Below the pieces are notes generated by a model. It saw only the letters and a list, made by a program, of their open reading frames with translations, was not told the origin of the DNA and did not search any database. Positions 56,557 to 64,000 of a stretch of DNA of 64,000 bases are shown here, in pieces. The stretch's first letter is position 1, and each line of letters begins with the position of its first letter. The stretch comes from an uncultured Bifidobacteriaceae bacterium (GTDB lineage: Bacteria > Acidobacteriota > Vicinamibacteria > Vicinamibacterales > UBA2999). Location of the stretch: assembly GCA_964535675.1 (NCBI GenBank), contig CAZHTD010000009.1, positions 469 to 64,468 on the forward strand, in the 5' to 3' direction. A program made the position numbers and the translations under genes.

Positions 56557-57731
56557 TCACTCGCGATCCGCAGCGCGACGTCGGCGACCATCTTCTCCTG
56601 ACGTTGTGCCGCACTCGGTCGGTGTCAGGTGCCCGAGTGAGCTGTGGGGGCGGCGGTGATTGTCGTCGACGCGCCAAGCTTCGATCGTAGCGCGGGCATC
56701 CTCGAGCGACGTGAACTGATGGACGTTCAGGCATTCGTCACGTAGGGGTCCGTTCAGCGGCTCGATGCAGGCGTTTTCGACCGGCGTGCCAGGACGAATG
56801 AAGTCGAGTTGCACGCCACGGCGGTAGGCCCAGTCCTCCAGGGCGCGCGACATGCACTCCGTACAGTGATCGACGGTGATTGCCTTCGGCCGCTGGCCCA
56901 TGCCGAGTGTACGGTCGAAGGCTTCGCTGATTGTGACGCCCGATTACCGCGCGCCCCTTCTCGTCATGGACTCTGACGGCTCCACTGATCGACAACCGTC
57001 AAGATCTGAAACGGACGTCCATCGGCCAGCGCGTCGTGGGCGCAGTCCATACTCCAGCGCTCCCGCGGCCCCGGGGCCGGTCCCCGATGCAGCGCCATCT
57101 GCTTCCGCCGACAGACGCATGCGCAATGGTAGGCCATCGAGCCGGTAGCGTCACCGCATCCGCTGCTTGTTCACGAGCCAGCCCTCGCGGCGCCGCAGGC
57201 CCCAGATCCGTAGCACGCCGAAGCCTGGTCGCGCGTGGGCGAGTTCGCGGATGCGCATCCTGAGCGCGCTCTGATCCTTCGCGCGACTCTTCCGATACCA
57301 GTCCGCGCGGCGATACTACGCCACCCGACAGGCCTGCACGCAGCTGACGCCGTCGGTGTCCTGGAACCAAGTAGCCAGCTCACGGCGGCGTGAGGGTCTT
57401 AGACTTTTGTTCGTAGGGCCTCGGTCAGCAGGTGCTTGTCGAGGGAGCGATCGGCCACCAGCCGCTACAGCCGGGGGTGCCCTTCCTCGAGCGACCGCAG
57501 CCGCCGCAGCTCGCTCACGCCGAGGTGCGTGTACTGCTGCTTCCAGACGTAGAACGTCGATTCGCTGACGCCGCAGTTTCGACAGACATCGGCCGGCGGC
57601 GTCCCACTCTCGACCTGGCGGAGCGCGTAGGCGATCTGTCCTTCGGTGAACTTCGAGTACCTCATCGGTCCCCTCCTCCTTGGGCGAAGGGCCGTCGAAG
57701 TCGCCAGCAGACTCGAGTGTTCAGCTGCCAT
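56557..57731 (-). mobile_element. degenerate IS3-family element (orfA + frameshifted orfB)
   Basis: orfA: MRYSKFTEGQIAYALRQVESGTPPADVCRNCGVSESTFYVWKQQY. orfB tail: ALEDWAYRRGVQLDFIRPGTPVENACIEPLNG...HRRPHSSLGHLTP. The middle is broken by stops and frameshifts. The element ends are not defined. Confidence 0.8.
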
Positions 57732-57779
57732 CGTTTTCGGGGGAGTGGTGTGCCTCGGCAGGAACGTCAGGGGGGCACC

Positions 57780-58240
57780 TACTGTCGCTGAACCGCTCCT
57801 CGTTGTAGATCTACAGCCAGATGGTGGTCAGCAGCCGCAGCTCAGCGATGGACTCGCACAGGCGGACATTGAGCACTTCGGTGCGATAGCTCCGGTTGGA
57901 CCGCTCGATGTAGGCGTCCTGCCCGGCTGGATGTAGTGGATCGCCACACCGCACACGGCACACCAGTCCACGAACGACTGCGCCGTACACTCCGACCCGT
58001 TATCGAGGATATCTGGATGCCCAGGAGGGGGCCCTAATCCCACTGCCGCATACTCTCCGTGCAATCACCCACAAAGCATGGAGGGCAGCATGAGACGAGA
58101 CACGAGGCATCCGGCGCCAAACGATGAAGCGCCACATCCGTCACCCACACTAGTTCCAGAACGCTCAACCGGGACTCGGTACGAGTGCTCCGTGTATCCT
58201 GTTGACCGCTCTCAGCCCGACTTGTCGCACGAGCCATGAC
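57780..58240 (-). mobile_element. second, internally deleted IS3-family orfB remnant
   Basis: LELVWVTDV..., LDNGSECTAQSFVDWCAVCGVAIHYIQPG, and IYNEER in different frames. Confidence 0.6.
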
Positions 58241-58390
58241 GGCCTTCTTTTGGTGTAAATAGCACGGAAAGAAAGCTAAAAGAAGAGACTACCTCACCGT
58301 TGAACCTCGTTCCAAGGACTCGAAGGGTCATGTAGCATGGTTACTTCACCTCATGCACAATCTCGGTCCGGTCACAAGGAGTTACATGGT

Positions 58391-59521
58391 ATGAAGACAG
58401 AAACCAACTGCGTTCACGGTGGGCATTACGAGGACCGAGAGGCACGGGGTGTCAATACGCCAATATTTACCTCTTCCGCGTTCGAATATCTCGACCGGAA
58501 AGAACCCTATTATCCTCGACATTTCAACACTCCGAATCAAACCGCCGTCGAGCAGAAGATGTGCTCACTTGAAGGAGCATGCGGGGCGGTGCTGTTCAGC
58601 TCCGGGATGGCTGCGATCAGCACCACCTTTCTCACTCTGTTGAGAACCGGGGATCATGTCGTAATGCTCGATGCCGTTTACGGCGGCACACACGCGTTCG
58701 TGACGAACATGTTCGTCAATTTCGGGATTGATTATACGTTTGTGCCGACGAATGTCGTGGCAATAGAAGACGCCTTGAAACCTCGAACCCGGGCCATCTT
58801 TATTGAGTCACCAACAAACCCGCTGCTCGAAGTCATCGACATTCGCGCAGTCGCCGAGCTTGGACAGCGGAACAACGTCGTGACCGTTATTGACAACACG
58901 TTCGCAACTCCGATAAACCAGAATCCGATCCCCTTAGGGATCGACGTCGTCGTTCACAGCGGTACCAAGTACCTTGGAGGCCACAGCGACATTTGCTGTG
59001 GGATCGTGCTGGCGAGCGTCGAGCGCACTAATAAGATCAGAAAAACGGCATGTCACCTGGGTGGCAGCTTGAACGCAACGAGCTGTTATTTGATCGAGCG
59101 CAGCCTGAAAACGCTCGCTCTCCGAGTCGAGAGGCAATCCGATAACGCGATGGCTATAGCCGCTTTTCTAGAAACCCACAAGAGCGTTCGGACAGTAAAT
59201 TATCCTGGTTTGAAGTCGTTTTCTAGACATGAGATCGCACGAACTCAAATGAAGAAATTTGGAGGCATGCTTTCATTCGAATTGGCTGATCAGATGATGC
59301 TAGATCGATTCCTTCGTCGCCTTGAGTTAATCAAACCTGCTGTCAGTTTGGGAGGTGTCGAAACGATCATCTCGTCTCCCGCCGTGACTTCGCATGCCAA
59401 GGTTTCGAACGAAGATCGAAAACGAATCGGCATTACAGACAAGCTATTAAGACTGTCTGTCGGGATCGAACACGTAGAGGATCTATGCGCTGACTTAAGA
59501 CAAGCTTTTGATGGAGTATAG
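58391..59521 (+). CDS. Cys/Met-metabolism PLP-dependent enzyme (cystathionine gamma-synthase / gamma-lyase family)
   Basis: AAGGAG SD. MKTETNCVHGG..., SGMAAIS, HSGTKYLGGHSD (PLP lysine), LGGVETIISSPAVTSH. GC is far below its surroundings. Confidence 0.88.
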   Translation: MKTETNCVHGGHYEDREARGVNTPIFTSSAFEYLDRKEPYYPRHFNTPNQTAVEQKMCSLEGACGAVLFSSGMAAISTTFLTLLRTGDHVVMLDAVYGGTHAFVTNMFVNFGIDYTFVPTNVVAIEDALKPRTRAIFIESPTNPLLEVIDIRAVAELGQRNNVVTVIDNTFATPINQNPIPLGIDVVVHSGTKYLGGHSDICCGIVLASVERTNKIRKTACHLGGSLNATSCYLIERSLKTLALRVERQSDNAMAIAAFLETHKSVRTVNYPGLKSFSRHEIARTQMKKFGGMLSFELADQMMLDRFLRRLELIKPAVSLGGVETIISSPAVTSHAKVSNEDRKRIGITDKLLRLSVGIEHVEDLCADLRQAFDGV

Positions 59522-59529
59522 CCTGTTCT

Positions 59530-60313
59530 CTTAACCGCGGTGGCTCACGAACAGGTTGCCCGCTTCAATCCGTCTACACTCTTGGTTGCGATACCGGAGA
59601 TGGGGCCGTTCGGGTGTTGTCGGAATGCAGCTAAGTGTCGAGATCTGCCTGGAACGCATCAACTGTACAGCTAGGATGATTGCCTGACAGTTGCCGCTTC
59701 CCGGATGGCACGTGCGACACATCGGTAACGGCTAGTTGGTCAAAAGGCAGCATGGGCAAGCGGTATGCCTACTACCGATACCGCCGTTCGAGCACTTACT
59801 GCAACGTACGCAGGGATGCTATCGAGTCCGCCTTTGTCGAGCTGCTACGGTCCCTCAGCCCCGATCCCGCGTACCCGGAGCTGTTCCGCGAAATCGTCCG
59901 GGACGTGTGGAAACAGCGCCTGCGTGAGGCTGGTGCGCCGTGAGCTGGAGAAGCGGATCGCATCGATCCGCGAGCGGATTGATCAACTCATCGAGTCCCA
60001 CATTCACGACAAGGCCATCGACCGGGCAACCTTCCAAGCACGGAAGGCCCGCGAGGATGAGAAGCTCGCACAGGCGGAGTTGGAGCTGGCTGACACGGAG
60101 ATCGATCTTGACGTAGAGGGGGCGCTAGCCTTCGGTGAACGCCTGATCACGAACGCCGCGGACACGTGGACCAGCCTGGATATCGGCCGGAAGATCCAAC
60201 TCCAGAATGCGTTTTCCGAACGGAACAACCTTCGATGGTGTCTCGTTTGGAACCCCGGATCTGCCTTGTGTGTTTCAGCTATTTGCAGAGAACCGAACAC
60301 CAGAAGTACGGTA
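59530..60313 (+). pseudogene. large serine recombinase C-terminal remnant (frameshifted)
   Basis: SWSKGSMGKRYAYYRY, DAIESAFVELLRSLSP, a coiled-coil RELEKRIASIRERIDQLIE...KLAQAELELADTE, and the tail KIQLQNAF / FPNGTTFDGVSFGTP in three frames. The last frame runs into tRNA-Glu. Confidence 0.65.
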
Positions 60314-60389
60314 TGGCGTCCCTGACGGGATTCGAACCCGTGTTACCGCCTTGAAAGGGCGGCGTCCTAGGCCTCTGGACGACAGGGAC
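60314..60389 (-). tRNA. tRNA-Glu (anticodon UUC), CCA encoded
   Basis: Manual cloverleaf: GTCCCTG/CAGGGAC acceptor, GTCC/GGAC D stem, CCGCC-CTTTCAA-GGCGG anticodon arm, ACGGG-TTCGAAT-CCCGT T arm. 76 nt. Confidence 0.93.
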
Positions 60390-60439
60390 GTACCGGGTGC
60401 AACTAGCCGGGCATCAGCCGACACCCTCAGGGTGAAGGC

Positions 60440-60514
60440 TGGTGGGCCCCCTGGGGATCGAACCCAGGACACCCTGATTAAAAGTCAGGTGCTCTACCAC
60501 TGAGCTAGAGGCCC
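60440..60514 (-). tRNA. tRNA-Lys (anticodon UUU), CCA encoded
   Basis: GGGCCTC/GGGGCCC acceptor (one G-U pair), GCTC/GAGC D stem, CCTGA-CTTTTAA-TCAGG, CTGGG-TTCGATC-CCCAG. 75 nt. Confidence 0.93.
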
Positions 60515-60560
60515 AAAGCATTGAATTTAAATATCTTATATCGCCACAACCTTTATCTGC
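60515..60560 (-). promoter_or_regulatory. AT-rich stretch upstream of the tRNA-Lys/Glu pair, putative promoter
   Basis: aaagcattgaatttaaatatcttatatcgccacaacc is exceptionally AT-rich for this window. The hexamers were not assigned confidently. Confidence 0.3.
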
Positions 60561-60775
60561 CAGCCTGTTCTGCCGCACCGTCGCCGGTGGTTCGGGCTCG
60601 TGCATTCCCGCCACCGAGCAGCGACGGCGCACTGGACTGCAACTCCGCACCCACCTGGGCTCTGGCCTCGCCGTCGACGACGGTCTGGACACGGCCACAG
60701 CGCTCGCGCCGGCCAAGGGTTGTCAAGCGACATCCGGAATGGCCCTCCCCCGGTGCAGTGCCCGCCCGGACCCAC

Positions 60776-61012
60776 TCGCCTGAGCGCAGCCTTCAACAGC
60801 GGCGGCGCCACCAGCGTCGTCAGCATGACCATGGTGATGATCACCAAAAAGGTCACGTCTCCGAGAACGGGCGTCCCGGCGACCAGGACCGTGTGGCCGG
60901 CGCTGGCGAAGATCAGGCCGACCTTGCCGCGCGGAGTCATGCCGGTGCCGATGACCCACAGACCTCGGACGGTTTTTCTGACGATTTGCTCCAGACATTG
61001 GAGCAGTAGGCC
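60776..61012 (-). pseudogene. C-terminal fragment of a cation:proton antiporter
   Basis: GTGMTPRGKVGLIFASAGHTVLVAGTPVLGDVTFLVIITMVMLTTLVAPPLLKAAL. No upstream TM core is present. Confidence 0.5.
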
Positions 61013-61299
61013 CCCCGTCACGCAACCATCCCTTGCATGTCCCCAGCACAAGTGGCTAGGGTTTGCGATGCCGCGGGCGACGGACTCGATGGTCGGCTGG
61101 TGCCAGCTCATGCGAACGATCACGACTCGATAGCGCGTCGCGGTGGCTTGCCGGTGGCCTCCGCGGAGCCAGGCCGGTCACTGCCCACCCGGCCAGACAC
61201 CATCCGGGTGAGTGCCGCCGGACCCGGCCGACAGAGCAACGCCAGGACACGAGGTCGGTCGTAACAGGGGTCAGGCCGCGCCTAGCAACGGCACGATCA

Positions 61300-61870
61300 G
61301 GCTCACAGTCGTACGAGTCGCCGCGGCTGCCAACCGACGGCTCGATCCCGGCTTCGGTGAGTCGCTGGGTGTAGTGAATCGAGAAGTAATGCACTCCACG
61401 GTCACTGTGGTGCACCAAGGCCGGCACCGCGGCCAGCGGTCGGTTGGAGCGCGCCTGCTCCAGCGCATCGAGCACCAGATCCGTACGAAGCGCCTGCGTA
61501 ACCCGCCAACCCACGCTGCGCCTCGCGAAGACGTCGACACCGAAGACCACGCCCACGAAACCGTGCCACGTCGCCACGGAGGGCACGTCGGCCAGCCACA
61601 GCTGGTTGGGACGGGTGGACGTGAAATTGCGTTCGACCAAGTCCTGTAGTCGGTCAGTCGCAGCATCCGGAATCGTCGTCAGTCAGCGGCCGCGGACTGC
61701 CCCTTGCAGGGGCAGTTCGCACATCACCCACTTGACGGTGCATCGCGCGGCCTCGAACCCTGCCTGCGCAACTGCCGCCACACCTAGGTCAGTAACCGAC
61801 GAAGCTTATCAGGGAGCGTCGCGATCGTCGCACGTCCGAGGAATCGTGAACCATCTACGGCCTCGGCATC
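61300..61870 (-). mobile_element. IS3-family orfB fragment (with a stop, 3-prime truncated)
   Basis: ARCTVKWVMCELPLQGAVRGR*LTTIPD...DLVERNFTSTRPNQLWLADV...VHHSDRGVHYFSIHYTQRLTEAGIEPSVGSRGDSYD. Confidence 0.75.
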
Positions 61871-61903
61871 TGTGCGTCTCCTGAAACCTGCCAAGGCGGT
61901 GGT

Positions 61904-62425
61904 CTATTGCTCCGCCACCGGAATCTCCTGCGCACGTTCCGACCAGATGTCCGGCACATCAAGCCGGAACATATTGTGGCACCCTATGCACGTGTTCACT
62001 AGATCATTGCCTAACGCGAGGAGCTGATCAAGGTTCCGCCGCTCAGTCGCAATCAACATTTGTGCACCTACGTCGGTCATTACCTGTGACATCTGGTCCC
62101 ACTCAGGTCGGGCGGCCCACGCCATGTCGTCGTCACCGCTGCCACCTACGGACGTGATGCTGCCGGCAGCGGTTACTGCCGTCGCAGCGTGGCGCAGCGC
62201 GATCCACTCCTCATCGGTTTCCGGCGGAGTAAGATCCGCTTCCCAGAGCAACGTGGCGTGGTCGTTCACCAAGTCGACCATCACTCGATTAATACTTACC
62301 GCAGGCTCGAACGTGACGACCGGCGTGGCCTCTGGCTCTGGGGTAGGAGCCTCGGCGGGCGCGCATGAGGCTAGGGCCAGCGTCGCAACCAAGGCGATTC
62401 CGAGTGTTGTGCGCGTCATTCTCAT
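61904..62425 (-). CDS. cytochrome c-prime-like (class II cytochrome c) lipoprotein
   Basis: Lipobox LALASCAP, a helical body, and a single CIGCH haem motif near the C-terminus. Confidence 0.6.
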   Translation of the reverse strand: MRMTRTTLGIALVATLALASCAPAEAPTPEPEATPVVTFEPAVSINRVMVDLVNDHATLLWEADLTPPETDEEWIALRHAATAVTAAGSITSVGGSGDDDMAWAARPEWDQMSQVMTDVGAQMLIATERRNLDQLLALGNDLVNTCIGCHNMFRLDVPDIWSERAQEIPVAEQ

Positions 62426-62523
62426 GATTGACTCCCTCTATCACACCTGTTGCGTCATTACTCTGGACGCGGCTGTCAACCTGGGCCGGATTGTACTGGA
62501 ACCCGGTTTCTTGGAGCGCGCAC

Positions 62524-62539
62524 CTTAAGAATTCTTAAG
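62524..62539. repeat. perfect 16-bp palindrome CTTAAGAATTCTTAAG
   Basis: Self-complementary over all 16 nt, about 100 bp upstream of the cytochrome gene start. Confidence 0.9.
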
Positions 62540-62670
62540 CAACTCTTCAGAAACTCAGCACAGGAACATTCTCTGCACTTGATCACTACGAAATCCCTTC
62601 TGCGTCGGTAGTGTCACGATCTGTGTGCAGCGCCGCTTGAGTGAAGCGAACGGGCATGGCCAGAGGTTGA

Positions 62671-62830
62671 TTGCCTAATCGGCCGATCGCGGCAAAATCA
62701 CACACGGGGACTCGACGCCACGGTCGACTCTTCCGCGATATCTACGCAGACGTGCTACGGCATTGGCTCGGCGTCGACCCCACCACGATTCTCGGCAACG
62801 AGGTCGGCGTGTTTCCCATCGTGAACTCGG
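62671..62830 (+). pseudogene. possible C-terminal scrap of a DUF1501-type protein
   Basis: DIYADVLRHWLGVDPTTILGNEVGVFPIV resembles the conserved C-terminal end of that family. Nothing upstream supports a full gene. Confidence 0.25.
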
Positions 62831-63356
62831 GAACCCGGAGCGCTTCTTGCGCAATGACGGTACCCGCCCTGATCGCTCTCCTGCTGCTGACTAGACGCTG
62901 CAGGGCGAATGGACGGTAGTTGCTGCCGAGCAGCGCGACCGGCCGTTCGACGTCATCGTCAGTGGCGTCCTCACCATCACCGGTGACCGCTTTGCACTGC
63001 GCACCGCGATCGGCAACGAATTCGGAGGCCCGATCCGCATCGACACCACGCGGGCACTTCACCACCTAGACTCTATCCTTGACGATGGCGATCTACGCCC
63101 TGCAACCGGATTCTTCTGTCTCAACTACGTCGAAGCGGACGCAGGCACCCCACGTCCAACCACCTTCGCCACCACGGCGGATTCCTCCGGCACGGTGATT
63201 GTCATGCAGCCGTGAACATCCCGAAGTCGACCTAGCCCTGACGTCCCGCCAGGGTTTCGAACCGCACCACCAGCTCGGCCGCCGGGCGTGGACGCACTGC
63301 CTGACGACAGGTCCCGGTCCAACTGGCCCATCTACAACGCGCCGGTGGGCAACCAC

Positions 63357-64000
63357 TCAGCGCCAGTTGAAGATCCTCAGGGCCACGACGAAGCTGACCG
63401 TGCCCCACACGCCGAGCGTCGTTAGCTCGCTGCCTGCGGCAGCCACGGTCGTTCCGTCAAGAATCACCAACCGGAGCGAGTCGTTGAGCGCCGTCAGGGG
63501 CAGTACCTGTACCACCGGCTGCAGCCACTCGGGGAAGTTCGACGACGCAAAGAACACCCCGCTCAGCAGCCACATCGGCAACATGAACACATTGAGCACC
63601 CCGTTGATCGCCTCGAACGTCCGCGCCCGGCTCGCCGCCAGCAGCCCGAGTCCGCCGAACGCCAGCGCCCCCACCAAGCAGACTGCAGCCAGATCCACGG
63701 CCCGGCCCTGTACCGGCAGGCCGAGCACCAGCGCCCCGAAGCCAAGCGGCACCAGCACCTCGGGCGCCAAGAACACCAGCCGCGCCAGGACTTGCGCCAG
63801 CAGATACTCGCGCTTGCGCATGGGGCTCGCCACTAGGCGCTTGAGCAGCTTGCGCATCCGCACCTGCACGATCGAAAAGCCGATGCCCCACATGCTCGTA
63901 CCCATGATCGTCATGCCGATCAGTCCGGGGATTAGCCAATCGACGTAGCGCGAGCCGATGATGCGCATCGGCACCTCTCGTGCATTCCAGGGATCGGCCC
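63357..64000 (-). CDS. ABC-2 type transporter permease, N-terminus beyond the window end
   Basis: The frame is open to nt 64000. VDWLIPGLIGMTIMGTSMWGIGFSIVQVRMRKLLKRLVASPMRKREYLLAQVL..., 5 or more TM helices. Confidence 0.8.
   Translation of the reverse strand, partial: ADPWNAREVPMRIIGSRYVDWLIPGLIGMTIMGTSMWGIGFSIVQVRMRKLLKRLVASPMRKREYLLAQVLARLVFLAPEVLVPLGFGALVLGLPVQGRAVDLAAVCLVGALAFGGLGLLAASRARTFEAINGVLNVFMLPMWLLSGVFFASSNFPEWLQPVVQVLPLTALNDSLRLVILDGTTVAAAGSELTTLGVWGTVSFVVALRIFNWR

Noticed and set aside
56526-57800. Apparent terminal inverted repeats of the IS3 element (GTTTAGCGACAG versus CTGTCGCTGAAC).
   Set aside because: The right-hand match lies inside the coding remnant of the second IS (IYNEERFSDS) and is only about 12 of 17 identical. 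It is probably coincidence, so the element ends are left undefined.
58241-58390. SAM or other riboswitch upstream of the low-GC Cys/Met PLP enzyme gene.
   Set aside because: None of the conserved SAM-I/SAM-II core strings or pairings could be found by eye. An Infernal scan is needed before any claim.
63241-63275. tRNA-like T-arm string (ccagggtttcgaaccgcaccacc).
   Set aside because: No acceptor, anticodon or D-arm pairing can be drawn around it. It is only a chance GTTCGAA-like match.
56000-63400. Direct repeat of the tRNA-Glu or tRNA-Lys 3-prime end marking the distal island boundary.
   Set aside because: Only a weak ggactcgaagggt resemblance near 58320 was found. It is not convincing, so the boundary was not called.
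1-64000. CRISPR arrays, rRNA genes, tandem repeats.
   Set aside because: No regularly spaced direct repeats or rRNA-like segments were seen on either strand.

Overview
High-GC (roughly two-thirds G+C by eye) bacterial chromosomal window, tightly packed with housekeeping genes. The VWFA-related Acidobacterial-type protein and the TPR/SLH, DUF1080 and CarboxypepD_reg proteins suggest an Acidobacteriota- or Gemmatimonadota-like organism; this is inference only. Core genes recognised from motifs: pgsA, hflX, glpX, a NifS-like desulfurase plus mnmA, a MacAB-like HlyD/ABC/FtsX/FtsX operon, trxB-trxA, a D-Ala-D-Ala carboxypeptidase, an M20 peptidase, rpiB, hemE-hemY, a multicopper oxidase, MscS, an M19 dipeptidase, ggt, a threonine aldolase, and tRNA-Glu(UUC) and tRNA-Lys(UUU). 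No rRNA and no CRISPR array were seen. Four things stand out. (1) A co-directional VTC-domain / DUF4956 / secreted CotH-kinase module (31.1-34.9 kb) has two extra coupled small genes, an EF-hand loop in CotH and an 11-bp-phased direct repeat upstream. (2) A translationally coupled two-gene module of unknown function (25992-27284) encodes a nuclease-fold-like protein with a histone-H1-like Lys/Ala tail. (3) The window carries an unusually high load of gene scars: IS110, IS3 (four sites), IS630 and IS5-like debris, an integrase scrap, a serine recombinase, glgA, two-component system pieces, a truncated haemoglobin and an AI-2E deletion. Several of the frameshifts sit in homopolymer runs and could be sequencing artefacts. 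(4) A mosaic, partly low-GC island lies around the two tRNAs (56.4-63.4 kb) and carries a foreign-looking Cys/Met-metabolism PLP enzyme and a cytochrome c-prime-like lipoprotein. A 1.25 kb stretch (41311-42563) has no confident gene. Many long ORFs in the six-frame track are antisense or out-of-frame artefacts of the high GC content and were not called.
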